The notes under the pieces are model-generated. The model saw only the letters and a list, made by a program, of their open reading frames with translations, was not told the DNA's origin and did no database searches. The translations under genes were made by a program, and so were the position numbers. 64,000 bases of DNA, from positions 12,930 to 76,929 of the forward strand of contig CABHOV010000037.1 in the NCBI GenBank assembly GCA_902168185.1, read 5' to 3'. This document shows, piece after piece, positions 52,070 to 61,314 of the stretch. Every line of letters begins with the position of its first letter. Position 1 is the stretch's first letter. Source of the DNA: an uncultured Bacteroides sp. Lineage in GTDB: Bacteria > Bacteroidota > Bacteroidia > Cytophagales > Cyclobacteriaceae.

Positions 52070-53113
52070 TTATAGCGTTGCCATGTCGATCACGAAACGA
52101 TACCGCACATCGCCTTTCACCATACGGTCGAAGGCTTGCTTGATGTTCTTTATATCGATCATTTCAATATCTGATACTATATTATGTTCAGCACAGAAAT
52201 CCAGCATCTCCTGTGTTTCAGGTAAACCACCAATCATGGATCCTGCCAGACTCTTACGTCCTCCGAGGAGACTAAAGGCATGCACGGCCGAAGCCTCTGG
52301 CGGAACGCCAACACAAATGTGTGTACCATTCGTTCTCAGCAGCGATAAGTACTGATTGAAATCATGTGGAGCGGATACTGTATCGAGTGTGAAATCGAAA
52401 TAGCCCATTACACTTTTGAATTGCTTCTCGTCTGATGTTACAACAAATTTATGTGCTCCCAATTTCTTCGCGTCTGCTTCTTTAGAAGCTGATGTGCTTA
52501 ACACAGTAACTTCAGCACCCAAAGCAACACCGAACTTAACACCCATGTGTCCTAATCCTCCAAGGCCGAGAACAGCAAGTTTATGTCCTTTCCCAACTTT
52601 CCAATATTTCAGTGGAGAGTATGTTGTAATACCAGCGCACAGCAGCGGAGCAACAGCGGCAAGTGAAAGTTTTTCAGAGATCTGTAATACAAAATCTTCA
52701 TGCACTACAATCGTGTTTGAATAACCTCCGTATGTCGGTGTCTTCTTATCCTGCTCATAGCCGTTATAGGTATATGAACTTCCTGTGAGACAATATTGCT
52801 CCAATCCTTCCTTACAGTTGTCGCATGTTCTACAAGAGTCTACAAGACAACCTACACCCGCCAGATCGCCTACTTTAAATTTCTTTACATGCGCGCCTAC
52901 CTTTACTACTTTACCTACTATCTCATGACCTGGTACCATGGGGTAAATCGCGCCGCCCCATTCATCTTTCATCTGGTGTAAATCAGAATGGCAAATGCCA
53001 CAGTATAAAATATCAAATTGTACATCGTGTGGTCCTACTTCACGTCTTTCAAAATTCCAGGGTGCTAAATCTGTCTTAGCATTTTGTGCTGCATATCCTT
53101 TTACTTGTATCAT
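52070..53113 (-). CDS. Zn-dependent NAD(P)-alcohol dehydrogenase (cinnamyl-alcohol-DH/YahK-like)
   Basis: ILYCGICHSDLH, GHEIVGKV, the structural Zn site CRTCDNCKEGLEQYC and the GLGGLGH Rossmann loop. The likely start is MIQVKGYAAQ (ATG 53111-53113). Confidence 0.9.
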   Translation of the reverse strand: MIQVKGYAAQNAKTDLAPWNFERREVGPHDVQFDILYCGICHSDLHQMKDEWGGAIYPMVPGHEIVGKVVKVGAHVKKFKVGDLAGVGCLVDSCRTCDNCKEGLEQYCLTGSSYTYNGYEQDKKTPTYGGYSNTIVVHEDFVLQISEKLSLAAVAPLLCAGITTYSPLKYWKVGKGHKLAVLGLGGLGHMGVKFGVALGAEVTVLSTSASKEADAKKLGAHKFVVTSDEKQFKSVMGYFDFTLDTVSAPHDFNQYLSLLRTNGTHICVGVPPEASAVHAFSLLGGRKSLAGSMIGGLPETQEMLDFCAEHNIVSDIEMIDIKNIKQAFDRMVKGDVRYRFVIDMATL

Positions 53114-53275
53114 AGATCCTTTAAATTTAAAAATCAAAAGTCGGAAGAAACCATTTACCCGAATAACAATATTCAAACATATAATTACAAAATTCAAAGA
53201 ATTTTATGGACCCTTTGTTCATATTGACTTAAAGTAAGGTATAGTTTTTTAACACACACTAAAAATAATCCCCCC

Positions 53276-53635
53276 ATGACAACTCAAGAGATCGCTAATC
53301 GTCTTGCCGCCTTGTGTCGCGAAGAGAAATACGAACAAGCACAAAAAGAGCTTTTTGCCGATGATGCCATCAGCATAGAACCCGAGGCTTCAAACGGATT
53401 TGAAAAAGAAACAAAAGGCCTTGCTGCTATAATTGAAAAAGGAAAGAAGTTTGAATCCATGGTTGAGAAGTCGCACGAAGTAACTATATCTGAGCCGATT
53501 ATAGCTGGCAATGCAATCGCATTCATCCTTACCATGGATATGACCATGAAAGGGCAGAAACGCATGAAGATGAGTGAGCTTTGCGTTTACCAGCTAAAAA
53601 ATGGAAAAATCGTCTCCGAACAATTCTTCATGTAG
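53276..53635 (+). CDS. SnoaL-like / NTF2-fold small protein
   Basis: 119 aa with the pattern LCREEKYEQAQKELFADDAISIEP...CVYQLKNGKIVSEQFF, typical of the NTF2-like superfamily. The assignment rests on pattern only. Confidence 0.5.
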   Translation: MTTQEIANRLAALCREEKYEQAQKELFADDAISIEPEASNGFEKETKGLAAIIEKGKKFESMVEKSHEVTISEPIIAGNAIAFILTMDMTMKGQKRMKMSELCVYQLKNGKIVSEQFFM

Positions 53636-53644
53636 TATAGTATA

Positions 53645-53673
53645 TTTGCCGGAGTGACAAGTTCTCCGGCAAA
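53645..53673. terminator. 10-bp perfect hairpin between convergent genes
   Basis: TTTGCCGGAG-(9 nt)-CTCCGGCAAA between the stops at 53635 (+) and 53723 (-). The flanking T-runs are weak. Confidence 0.45.
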
Positions 53674-53722
53674 TCTTATAACCGTTACATTTGCTATATA
53701 TACATTTCGGGAATTACGTGAT

Positions 53723-54676
53723 CTATTTCAGAAGAAGTTCCATCTGAATATTGCATCGCTCATAGGGCGTAGCATGACCCACTACTTTTTGAAAACCAAG
53801 TTTGTGATACAGGTTGATTGCAGGCGCCAGGATCGTGTTACTTTCCAGATAAAGTTTCGAAGCTCCCAACAACTTTGCTTTTTTGATAACGGCTTGTCCT
53901 AACAACCACCCTATATTCTTGCCCTGTGCTAGTGGAGACACGGCCATCTTAGCCAATTCAAAATCATATACCGGGTCGTCCATTTTAATTAACGCGCACA
54001 CTCCTACCGGAACATCATCGTATAGCGCCACATAAATATGCCCGCCATTCTTTAGTATATATCCTTTCGGATTATCAAGCGCTTTATAATCTGCTTCCTC
54101 CATTTTAAAATATTTGGAGATCCACTCCTCATTCAAGTCACGGAAAGCTTTTTGATATTTAGGCTGATAGTCAACAATCTTCACCTTGCGACTTTCTCTT
54201 TTCTTTTTTTGCTCTTGTACTCTGCGCAGCAAGTTTTTCTGCTCAAGCAAAAATTCCCATTCTTCAATAGCCTGCCAAAGGTCATGCCGGGTCTGCGCCA
54301 AAACTTCTTCAATAGCATTATTTACATCCGTATACTGAACTGCTATCTTATCAGTTATCGTTTTACCTTTCGGTGATAGCGACACTATATTTGTTCGTCC
54401 ATCCGCTTTATCCTTCCGCTCGGTTACGTACCCTTTGTCCGACATTTCTGTGATGATCTTGCTAACGGAAGGATGTGAGTGACCGATCTCTTTGGCAATA
54501 GCGGTAATCGTTTTATTCTCTCCCTGTGATAGTACATAGAACACAGGAAACCACTTGGGCTGCAACTCTATATCATATAGCTTGTAGATCTGTGCGGCAT
54601 CATCTGTGATTCGCTCCGTCAGCATTCGAAGCCGACTTCCCAAAGCCAGTTTGCCAACACGGTTGAAAAATCCCAT
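53723..54676 (-). CDS. MarR-type HTH fused to a GNAT N-acetyltransferase
   Basis: N-terminal winged helix (KTITAIAKEIGHSHPSVSKIITEMSDKGYVTERKDKADGR). C-terminal GNAT motif A (MAVSPLAQGKNIGWLLGQAVIKKAKLLGA..LYLESN). Confidence 0.8.
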   Translation of the reverse strand: MGFFNRVGKLALGSRLRMLTERITDDAAQIYKLYDIELQPKWFPVFYVLSQGENKTITAIAKEIGHSHPSVSKIITEMSDKGYVTERKDKADGRTNIVSLSPKGKTITDKIAVQYTDVNNAIEEVLAQTRHDLWQAIEEWEFLLEQKNLLRRVQEQKKKRESRKVKIVDYQPKYQKAFRDLNEEWISKYFKMEEADYKALDNPKGYILKNGGHIYVALYDDVPVGVCALIKMDDPVYDFELAKMAVSPLAQGKNIGWLLGQAVIKKAKLLGASKLYLESNTILAPAINLYHKLGFQKVVGHATPYERCNIQMELLLK

Positions 54677-54785
54677 ACGTCATTAATTATGTAACCAATT
54701 ACGTAAATAGTTAACAAATACACAAAAACAAGATTAAATTAATTTCGAAGTGTTGATTATGCGGTGATTCCCCTATGAAAATTAA

Positions 54786-56600
54786 TCACAGATCAGTTTC
54801 ATCCTCAAGGTATCGCTTTGCCTGCATGGTAAACAGCGCTTCATATTGGCCCCGCAAAAGCATCAGTTCTTTATGCGACCCTTGTTCGATGATCCTGCCA
54901 TGCTCCAGCATCAGAATCTTGTCTGCATTCTTTACAGTACTGAAACGATGGGTTATGAGTATAACCGTTTTACCTTCCATATGCTTTTCAAGAGAGTTGA
55001 AAATCTTTTCCTCCGTTACAGCATCTATAGAGGCTGTGGGTTCATCAAGAATTGTGACCAGTGCATTTCTATAAAACATGCGTGCTACTGCAAGTCGCTG
55101 ATGCTGCCCTTTGGAAAGATCAACGCCATCTTTGAATTCTTTCCAGATGAGTTGATCATAGCTGGTGATAAATTCATCGGCTCCAGAGAAATGTGCCGCC
55201 TGACGAAGCCGTTCTTCTTGAGTAGCATCCGCAGCTTCTGTAATTCGCCCAACTCCAATCGATTCACGGACGGTCAGGTTATATACCGGAAAATCCTGAA
55301 ACAAAATGCCAATGGCACTCTGCCAGTCTTCGAGGTATATATCACGCAGATCGGTTCCGTTAATATATATGTTGCCTTCGGCAGGATCATATATCCTGCA
55401 GAGTAGTTTTATCAATGTAGTCTTACCCGAACCGTTAATACCAACGATGGCGATCTTTTCGCCTGGCCGTATAGTGAAAGAAAGATTCTGCAACACCAGC
55501 GGAGTCTCGCCTTCTTCAGTAGGGTAACGAAATGAAACATTCTTAAATTCAATGAGCGGTGCTGTGGTGAACGAAACGTGTACAGCATCCTGATGAGAAC
55601 GAATCTTAGGCTCCGTTTCGAATAGTTCAAACCAACGGGCGGCATACCGGGCTGCCTCTTCCGTAAATGATATCGATTCTATATACCCGTTGATCGTTTG
55701 ATAAAAACGCGTATATGTATTGAATGCCAACAGCAAGCCACCAACTGCAATACTTCCAGCAAGTGCCTCTTTCGTCATCAGTGCAATCGCTGCAAAAAGA
55801 AAAAGTAAATACCACAAACTCAACACAGCATAAGAAAGTGATTTCTTTTGTTCGGCGGCTATGATTTTCTCATTGAAAGAAACTTTACGATCCCTAATCT
55901 GTTCTTTGAACCAGTCTTTTAATTTCAGAAGTATAACATCGACTGCCTTTTGAAGTTCTTCAAAATGTGAAATGCGATTACCAATGACACGGTGGTCGTC
56001 CAGGGAGAGATAGCGAATTCTAAAAACTTCCATGCTATATTTCTTATAAAAGAAATATACCGGTGCCGCTGCGAGTGCAGCAAATAAAACCAGCCAGCGA
56101 TTGAGCGCCCAGAGAATACCAATGGATGTTATAATACCAGCAAAACTTGTAGCGGATGTAAAGATGAAATCCTGGAGGTTCAATACACTTCCACTCCCCC
56201 ACTCTTTTGCACCACGCAATAAGTTCTGATACGAGCTGCTTTCTATCGTGCCTATATCCAGGGTACTTTGCTTTTCAATCTTATAAAGCTCAAGCTGCAC
56301 ACCTTGCTGAAGACGAAATTTATTTCTGTAAAACGATACAATGTTTCCTACAACGGTTGGGACAAGAAAAGATAATCCTAATATAACTGCCGACTGGATC
56401 AATTCACGTGTGCTGCTGACTCCCTGCTTGATGCGGATGATTTCATCTACAATCGCAGAGAAGCTGGTAAACTGGAGATATACTACCGATCCCTGGAAAA
56501 GGTTGAGAAAGATCAACAGTAATAATACTTTCCGGTTTGTTTGCCAGGCAAAAGCAATGGATCTGATTGAAACTGTAAATATATTCCGATTGCTTTTCAT
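54786..56600 (-). CDS. ABC exporter, fused permease + ATPase (type I half-transporter)
   Basis: Six-TM N-terminal half; Walker A GINGSGKTT; signature LSKGQHQRLAVAR; Walker B VTILDEPT. 604 aa. Confidence 0.9.
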   Translation of the reverse strand: MKSNRNIFTVSIRSIAFAWQTNRKVLLLLIFLNLFQGSVVYLQFTSFSAIVDEIIRIKQGVSSTRELIQSAVILGLSFLVPTVVGNIVSFYRNKFRLQQGVQLELYKIEKQSTLDIGTIESSSYQNLLRGAKEWGSGSVLNLQDFIFTSATSFAGIITSIGILWALNRWLVLFAALAAAPVYFFYKKYSMEVFRIRYLSLDDHRVIGNRISHFEELQKAVDVILLKLKDWFKEQIRDRKVSFNEKIIAAEQKKSLSYAVLSLWYLLFLFAAIALMTKEALAGSIAVGGLLLAFNTYTRFYQTINGYIESISFTEEAARYAARWFELFETEPKIRSHQDAVHVSFTTAPLIEFKNVSFRYPTEEGETPLVLQNLSFTIRPGEKIAIVGINGSGKTTLIKLLCRIYDPAEGNIYINGTDLRDIYLEDWQSAIGILFQDFPVYNLTVRESIGVGRITEAADATQEERLRQAAHFSGADEFITSYDQLIWKEFKDGVDLSKGQHQRLAVARMFYRNALVTILDEPTASIDAVTEEKIFNSLEKHMEGKTVILITHRFSTVKNADKILMLEHGRIIEQGSHKELMLLRGQYEALFTMQAKRYLEDETDL

Positions 56601-56765
56601 ATAGTCCGCCCCACAAAAAAAATAATATAGAATTTAGAAGTTGCAATACACTCCTCTAAATCTATAAAATTTTAAACATACATCGTGTAGAGAACTATGA
56701 ATCAAAAGAACACAACGTAAAAAAATCTATCGGCTTTATATTTTACGCCAAGGACACCGCTATGG

Positions 56766-57494
56766 CTATAGTCCCTGTTTACCTTCAACCCAATACGCTT
56801 GTGCGCGTATCTTATCGGGTGCCACTCCTTTTGTGAGCAATACCTTACGAACTTTCTTTATTGCGTTTGCATTACCTGTCAGGTAAAATGTACCCTTCCT
56901 CCATACGTCCCATAACTTACCCTGAAGGCCGTCTAAATATAGTACTGAATTATCATACGGCTCAGCGGAGCCAGTGGACACTACATCCAACATCAGATCA
57001 AGCTTGTCGGGCAGTTCACGGAGTTCTTCATTGAACGCCAATAATCCAAGATACTCCTGCTGACGGGTATGGATAATTTCCCTGAGACTATTGAACACGC
57101 CGATGGAAGTTTCATCTCCATAGAAAAAGTGATATTTACTTTCCGGTTCATACAGGCATTTACCTCGCGGGCCAATCATCTTAAGTTTGTCTCCGATCTG
57201 CAACCGTGAAGCAAAACGACTCCCCGGTCCGTTGCCGTGCAAATAAAAATATATAGTACAGAGGCCTTGATCTCCATCAAAAAAAGCGGGCGTATAGTTT
57301 CGATAATGTACATCATCCACACGAAAGGCAACAGCCTGCGTAAGTCTGAACGATACATCTGTAAAGTCTCCGTGAAAGGTTATCTTTTTTAAATTCGGGT
57401 GGATATAGTCTACTTCTGTTACCGTCACGTCATGAATAAATCTTTTGAAGACTGTCTCAACAGCGTTTCCGATCCATTTTGGCATGTGTGGCAT
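56766..57494 (-). CDS. Siderophore-interacting / FAD-binding ferric-reductase-like protein
   Basis: VTEVDYIHPNLKKITFHGD...RNYTP...GPGSRFASRLQIGDKLKMIGPRG resembles the FAD_binding_9/SIP architecture. The assignment is from pattern only. Confidence 0.55.
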   Translation of the reverse strand: MPHMPKWIGNAVETVFKRFIHDVTVTEVDYIHPNLKKITFHGDFTDVSFRLTQAVAFRVDDVHYRNYTPAFFDGDQGLCTIYFYLHGNGPGSRFASRLQIGDKLKMIGPRGKCLYEPESKYHFFYGDETSIGVFNSLREIIHTRQQEYLGLLAFNEELRELPDKLDLMLDVVSTGSAEPYDNSVLYLDGLQGKLWDVWRKGTFYLTGNANAIKKVRKVLLTKGVAPDKIRAQAYWVEGKQGL

Positions 57495-57597
57495 AAATTA
57501 AATATTATGTTATTAGTTTAGTCGCAAAGATCCGGGTGTACGTTAAGGGTCTTGTACCGTAAAGGGATTTTGTTTTACGCTTAAAGGATTATTGACT

Positions 57598-58587
57598 ATG
57601 ATTTTTCGAATAACGGATTCAGACCTTAATGAGATTATCTGCGAACGGAATCTTCCTCCTGATTTCAAGTGTGATCATGGGATCGTTGAAAATACCTCCG
57701 AGATCAATCACCGGTTTGGAAAAGCTACTTTAAATGAAGTTTGGTTCGAAGGTATACATCTGAACTATGGAGCCGGAATACTCCACAATGGAATCTCCCT
57801 CAAGCTCGAAAGCGATACTCCGGTCATTGAAATGCATTTTAATCTTGTCGGCAGTCAGCAAGCATATTTAAAGGGAAGTAGTCAAAGGTTTTCCTTTAGT
57901 AGTCGTCAGCATAATCTTTTTTACATGCCTGAGTTTGAGGGCTACTTTGAGTCAACACCACAGGAGCAAATCTCCCAAATGATAGAAGTACATTTCACAG
58001 AAACATACTTTCAACGGCTTGCAGGTGCAGAATCAACCTCTCTTGATGCGTTCATGAAAAAGATACAACGTAAAGAGCTTTCGGCTATGAGCAAGCATAA
58101 CATGTCCATTACTCCCTATATGGAGATATTGCTTCAGCAAATTACAAATTGTAACAAACAAGGTGTACTCAAGCGGCTTTTTCTGGAATCCAAGGTCATG
58201 GAGTTATTCATGTTACAGATGGAGCAGTTCGAATGCGTTACAACGGAACAGGCCACGTCCTTGAAAGCAAATGATATTGAAAAGATCCATCATGCACGGT
58301 TTCTCCTGGAGCAGAATATAAGCAGTCCTTACTCACTCGTAGAACTGGCGCGGGCCGTGGGTATAAATGACTTCAAACTAAAAAAAGGATTTAAGGAAGT
58401 CTTCGGCAATACTGTGTTTGGCTACCTTCACGAAATCCGAATGCAGGAAGCTAAAAAACTTCTGATGGACGATCACAAATCCATTCACGAGGTATCAGAG
58501 TATTGTGGCTATCAATATGTGCAGCATTTTTCTACTGCGTTTAAGAAAAAATTCGGTGTTACACCGGGAGGCATGAGAATCGTCTAA
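57598..58587 (+). CDS. AraC family transcriptional regulator
   Basis: C-terminal HTH pair (YSLVELARAVGINDFKLKKGFKEVFGNTVFGYLHEIRMQEAKKLL...VSEYCGYQYVQHFSTAFKKKFG). The track start at 57592 is a TTG; the first ATG is at 57598. Confidence 0.85.
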   Translation: MIFRITDSDLNEIICERNLPPDFKCDHGIVENTSEINHRFGKATLNEVWFEGIHLNYGAGILHNGISLKLESDTPVIEMHFNLVGSQQAYLKGSSQRFSFSSRQHNLFYMPEFEGYFESTPQEQISQMIEVHFTETYFQRLAGAESTSLDAFMKKIQRKELSAMSKHNMSITPYMEILLQQITNCNKQGVLKRLFLESKVMELFMLQMEQFECVTTEQATSLKANDIEKIHHARFLLEQNISSPYSLVELARAVGINDFKLKKGFKEVFGNTVFGYLHEIRMQEAKKLLMDDHKSIHEVSEYCGYQYVQHFSTAFKKKFGVTPGGMRIV

Positions 58588-58636
58588 GCCGTACAAGATA
58601 TACTGTACAGCCTAGACGGTATATATATGGTAGATA

Positions 58637-60832
58637 TTATTTACCCGCCTTTTGGTCAAGCTGCAGAATGACACTCGTTCTTCGATTATTTACCTGGGGA
58701 TTAAACCCAACCTTCATCAGAAAATCGCCTGAATATACTTTCGCAGCATCGCTGCGGCTTTCCGTTCCGGGATATATATTGAGTTCTTTCACGGTATATA
58801 GTTTGGATGGATCCAATCCCTTGAGTTTCACCGGAAATTTACTGCCTTCACCATACCGGTTGTTCACCAGGTAATTGAACACGATCGCAGAAGCCCGGTC
58901 CTTTCCCACATACATCAGCGATGCTATACTTTCTTTTTTCGGATCAGAAAGTCTATAGAGTTCCCCCTGCCAAACAATAGGTTTTATACGGTTATAGTTT
59001 TCAATGGCGAGTTTGCAAAACGCAAGGTCCTTTTCCGCCAGATCATGAACAACGATATCGAATCCAAGTTTTCCCATCATCGCTACATCTACCCGAAACT
59101 TTAAAGGTTGTTTGCCCCACTCCGTAACATGGTTCGACACACTGATGGCAGGATAGAAATGAGAATACTCCCATTGCATATATATCCTTTCCAACGGATC
59201 AGTATTATCGCTAGGCCAGAACTCTGTAAAGTATGCGAGCGCTGCATAGTCCACACGTCCACCACCACCAGAGCATAACATCATCGGCACTTTCGGATAA
59301 CGTGCGCGAATTCTCTGAAGCACAGAATATAGTCCCTTTACATAGTCAATATAAAAATGTGATTGATCTTTCAGGTATGACGAATGTGCATTATAGATTA
59401 CCGCATTGCAATCCCACTTTATATAGGCCAGCGCTGGATTCTCCTTAAATAAATCATCTACTACTTTAAAAACAAAATCCTGTACACTCGGATTTGTAAG
59501 ATCAAGTACGAGTTGATTTCTGAAATAATGTTCATCACGCTTCGGTTGCTTGACAACCCATTCCGGATGTTTTTCATATAGTTCACTCTTTGGATTTACC
59601 ATTTCAGGTTCAACCCAAATTCCAAACTTCACATTATTTTTATCAGCTTCTTTTACCAGCGAAGATATACCGTTGGGAAGCTTGGTTCGATTTACTTCCC
59701 AATCTCCTAAACCAGCAGTGTCACCGTTGCGCGGATATTTATTCGCAAACCATCCATCATCCAGCAAAAACAAATCTACACCCAGATTCTTTGTATCCTT
59801 CAATAACTGAAACAGTTTACTTTCATTAAAGTCAAAATAGGTAGCCTCCCAGTTGTTGAGCAACGTTAACCGATTTCCGTTACCATCGAGTATCTTATAG
59901 TTGCGCGCCCATTGATGCATCTTTCTGCTGGCATCCCCTTTACCATGCTGCGACAACAGAAATACAAATGCAGGAGTCACAAATTCTTCCTTCGGTTTGA
60001 GTGTATAGGCTGATGCATAATTATTCATACCGGCAAGAATGCGCAGGTTGTCCTGGTAATCGAGCTCGAGGTCAACTCTAAAATTTCCACTCCACTCCAT
60101 TGCACCGTATAGCACTGTACCTGATTCCTCTTCTGCAGGTTTATCCAGCGACACCATGAATACTGAAGGCTGAAAAAGATTAGCACGTGTTCCTAACTTT
60201 GAATCCAGCGTTTTAATACCGTGTGTGATCCGTGATTCTTCTGGCTGCATTTCCTTAGCCCAGTCTCCATGGTATTGTGTTAACCAGAATGCTTTTGACT
60301 TCAGATGTAAATTTGCAGAAGCAAACTTATGCAGTGTAATATTGCCTTTCTCCTGGTGACTGATTACGCTCCATTGTTCGATCACATCTTCCTGCTGATA
60401 TACTTTGTAAAACAACTGAACCGTAAAGGGATATACCGGATCTTTCAACAGAACGGTATATAGCACTATATTTTCTTGCAATGTTTTCACGGTGTGGCTC
60501 ACATAGCGCAAGTCCAGCGAATTATTTCCATCTGCATGTGTTACAGTAATGGCAGGCTCCACCAGATTTTGTGAACCGGACGAAGTATAGGCTGCATTCA
60601 GTACTTCCGTATAGTCTTCCGTTTGACGGTATATACCAGGAACGGCCTCGTACTCCTTTTTATCGGCAAGTTTTTCCCCGGCATAAATAATATTAACACT
60701 CTTCTCTGCATTGACTTCCAACACAAAGGCATTGCTTGCTGTCTCTATCGGGATAATGGTATTCTGAGCATATACCGATGATACACACAGCATTAAAATA
60801 AAAGTAAACCGTATATGTGGGTGTGACTTCAT
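58637..60832 (-). CDS. Secreted GH36 alpha-galactosidase
   Basis: Signal peptide; NNWEATYFDFNE, the LFLLDDGWF hallmark, IWVEPEMVNP and YIKWDCN. 731 aa. Confidence 0.85.
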   Translation of the reverse strand: MKSHPHIRFTFILMLCVSSVYAQNTIIPIETASNAFVLEVNAEKSVNIIYAGEKLADKKEYEAVPGIYRQTEDYTEVLNAAYTSSGSQNLVEPAITVTHADGNNSLDLRYVSHTVKTLQENIVLYTVLLKDPVYPFTVQLFYKVYQQEDVIEQWSVISHQEKGNITLHKFASANLHLKSKAFWLTQYHGDWAKEMQPEESRITHGIKTLDSKLGTRANLFQPSVFMVSLDKPAEEESGTVLYGAMEWSGNFRVDLELDYQDNLRILAGMNNYASAYTLKPKEEFVTPAFVFLLSQHGKGDASRKMHQWARNYKILDGNGNRLTLLNNWEATYFDFNESKLFQLLKDTKNLGVDLFLLDDGWFANKYPRNGDTAGLGDWEVNRTKLPNGISSLVKEADKNNVKFGIWVEPEMVNPKSELYEKHPEWVVKQPKRDEHYFRNQLVLDLTNPSVQDFVFKVVDDLFKENPALAYIKWDCNAVIYNAHSSYLKDQSHFYIDYVKGLYSVLQRIRARYPKVPMMLCSGGGGRVDYAALAYFTEFWPSDNTDPLERIYMQWEYSHFYPAISVSNHVTEWGKQPLKFRVDVAMMGKLGFDIVVHDLAEKDLAFCKLAIENYNRIKPIVWQGELYRLSDPKKESIASLMYVGKDRASAIVFNYLVNNRYGEGSKFPVKLKGLDPSKLYTVKELNIYPGTESRSDAAKVYSGDFLMKVGFNPQVNNRRTSVILQLDQKAGK

Positions 60833-61314
60833 TATTAAAATCAGTTTGTGATATTTATAAAAATAGCATGTATCTTGAATGGATAGCTATATTTTTGTTT
60901 TTTTATTCTGAACGACCACAATAGCCTGAATGGACAGGGTTGTTACTACATGGCTATTTCTCCTTTAAGTTGTGTTTTCAAGTCCATAGAACTTACTGCC
61001 ATATTATAGAGGGACGTCAACAATTTCTACGGTAAAAAAACCGAGGTTGTGCAAATGGAAAAGAGGACATAATTACCCACTATGCCTGTTCATCACCGCT
61101 TAACGAAAAAATGAGATGGTCTACTGTTAAAGGATCAATTATCACGGTTAATGGATTTATTCCAATAGCAATAGTTTGTATATTAGGAACAGTATCGGGT
61201 ATTGGCAGCGATGCTATAAACGCTTTCATACTGGCATGAGAAAAACAATTCATCATGCCTGACAGCTCAGGGCTGTTCCGTGTTTTAATATTCTTTCGCT
61301 AAACAAGCGCGTTT

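Noticed and set aside
54846-55406. 186-aa plus-strand ORF inside the ABC exporter gene
   Set aside because: It is antisense to the frame containing the Walker A/B and signature motifs. It is a shadow ORF.
61111-61239. 42-aa hydrophobic ORF (MRWSTVKGSIITVNGFIPIAIVCILGTVSGIGSDAINAFILA) in the GH36/sensor spacer
   Set aside because: It is too short to support from sequence alone. I recognised no promoter or conserved motif, and only a weak downstream hairpin. It is kept as a note.
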